A DNA stretch of 64,000 bases from Octopus bimaculoides (Eukaryota), in contig NC_068996.1 of assembly GCF_001194135.2 (NCBI RefSeq), forward strand, positions 43,980,406-44,044,405, given 5' to 3'. Below the pieces are notes generated by a model. It was not told the origin of the DNA. It did not search any database and saw nothing but the letters and a program-made list of their open reading frames with translations. A program made the translations under genes and the position numbers. Of this stretch, positions 62,651 to 64,000 are shown piece after piece (positions within the stretch are counted from its first letter, which is position 1; each line of letters begins with the position of its first letter).

Positions 62651-63384
62651 CAGTTGAAATTTATAGAAAGAAGACAGGTGTATGAACAACAAGCAAGTGT
62701 ATTAGTTTGACACACAGGAAAATTGAAAATGTCTTTTATGTTTCAAGCCTATGCACTTCAAGGAATAAGAGAAAATAAACAGAGAGAAAATGAAAGAATC
62801 TTGTAGATTTCAGCGGTAAAGCATGGCGAATGACTGGAAAAAGAGAGGCTAAAAAAAGGGGAGATAATATAAAAAAAGAGATTGAATGAAAGCGAGATAA
62901 TAAAGTGCCAGTGATTACAACAAGAGAAGGTGCATGTGCGTTTGTGTGTATTTGAGAATGCTCTGTAAGTGTGCATGAATAGGGGTGAATAACTATGATG
63001 TGTGCGAGTCTGTATGTGTGTAACATGTGTGTTTGTGTGTGTGTCTGTGACCAAACAGTGTGCATGTGTATTATGTATATATGTGGGCAAGAGTTATCTT
63101 TGTCTATGCATATTGCATGTGTTATAACCTGTTACGTGTGTGTATATAAATATATATATATATATANNNNNNNNNNNNNNNNNNNNNNNNNNNNNNNNNN
63201 NNNNNNNNNNNNNNNNNNNNNNNNNNNNNNNNNNNNNNNNNNNNNNNNNNNNNNNNNNNNNNNNNNNNNNNNNNNNNNNNNNNNNNNNNNNNNNNNNNNN
63301 NNNNNNNNNNNNNNNNNNNNNNNNNNNNNNNNNNNNNNNNNNNNNNNNNNNNNNNNNNNNNNNNNNNNNNNNNNNNNNNNNNNN

Positions 63385-63453
63385 GCTGATGAAAGGAACA
63401 ACGTTAACGAAGTGTCTCTGAAAAGAATAGCCAAGAAGGCGCCATATATCTAA
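63385..63453 (+). CDS. SCG5: Probable 7B2 last coding exon (5' part hidden in N-gap), second AKK motif
   Basis: Reads ADERNNVNEVSLKRIAKKAPYI-stop (TAA 63451-63453). L-x-x-(I/V)AKK-x-P just before the stop resembles invertebrate 7B2 C-termini; AATAAA at 63491-63496. The acceptor and phase cannot be seen. Confidence 0.55.
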   Translation, partial: ADERNNVNEVSLKRIAKKAPYI

Positions 63454-63707
63454 GACACCAAATATATAGACAAACTAAAAACAAACAATCAATAAATAAA
63501 TTAATATATCAGAAATGGAACATTCCCCTTTGAAAGTAATTAACTTGTAAAAAAAAAAAAGATAAAAATTTAACAAAAGTATTCAACTGCTGTTTATTCT
63601 TCCTATTATTGTTATTATTATTATTATCGTTATTATTATTATTATTATTATTGTTGTTATTATTATTATTATTATTGTTATTATTATTATTATTATTATT
63701 ATTACAT

Positions 63708-63922
63708 AGGGCAGTGACCTGGCAGAATCGTTAGCATGACAGGAAAAATGCTTAGTGGTATTTTGTCTGTCTTATTGTTCTGAGTTCACATTCTACTGAG
63801 GTCGACTTTGTTTTTCATCCTCTCAAGGTTGATAAAATAAGTACCAGTTACGCACTGGGGGGTCGATGTATTTGACTTAGCCCCTACCCCTAAATTGCTG
63901 GCCTTGTGTCAAAATTTGAAAC

Positions 63923-63925
<3 letters not shown>
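63708..63925 (+). mobile_element. SINE, family A variant
   Basis: AGGGCAGTGACCTGGCAGAATCGTTAG...GAGGTCGACTTTG..TTTCATCC...ATAAGTACCAGTTACGCACTGGGG. Confidence 0.8.
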
Positions 63926-63966
<41 letters not shown>

Positions 63967-64000
63967 GAAGGCGGCAAGCTCACTGAATCATTAGTATGTT

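Noticed and set aside
4040-63453. Numerous long ORFs rich in YIYI, THTH, CVCV, LSLS, MYVC or X
   Set aside because: They are translations of (AT)n, (AC)n, (CT)n and (ATAC)n microsatellites or N-gaps; no protein signal.

Overview
AT-rich eukaryotic genomic DNA from a gapped draft assembly; most N-gaps abut microsatellites. The tRNA-derived SINE families and the gene content point to a coleoid cephalopod, most likely Octopus (inference). One protein-coding gene can be reconstructed on the + strand: neuroendocrine protein 7B2 (SCG5), the prohormone convertase 2 chaperone/inhibitor, spanning about 18.9-63.5 kb. It has a compact CRE-TATA-Inr promoter, a predicted non-coding exon 1, four well-supported coding exons with consistent splice phases (227 codons), and a probable last exon whose 5' part lies in a gap. 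The protein appears to carry two (V/I)AKK inhibitor-type motifs on separate exons. The rest is a dense transposon landscape: several SINE families; CRE-, R4/Dong- and CR1-group LINE fragments; a solo LTR nested in a SINE; a Helitron; hAT, Tigger, mariner and TTAA-flanked MITEs; and several fold-back palindromes, two of which contain hammerhead-ribozyme-like cores typical of Penelope-like elements. Nearly all ORFs in the supplied track are microsatellite, gap or SINE artefacts. All calls are made by eye, without database searches.
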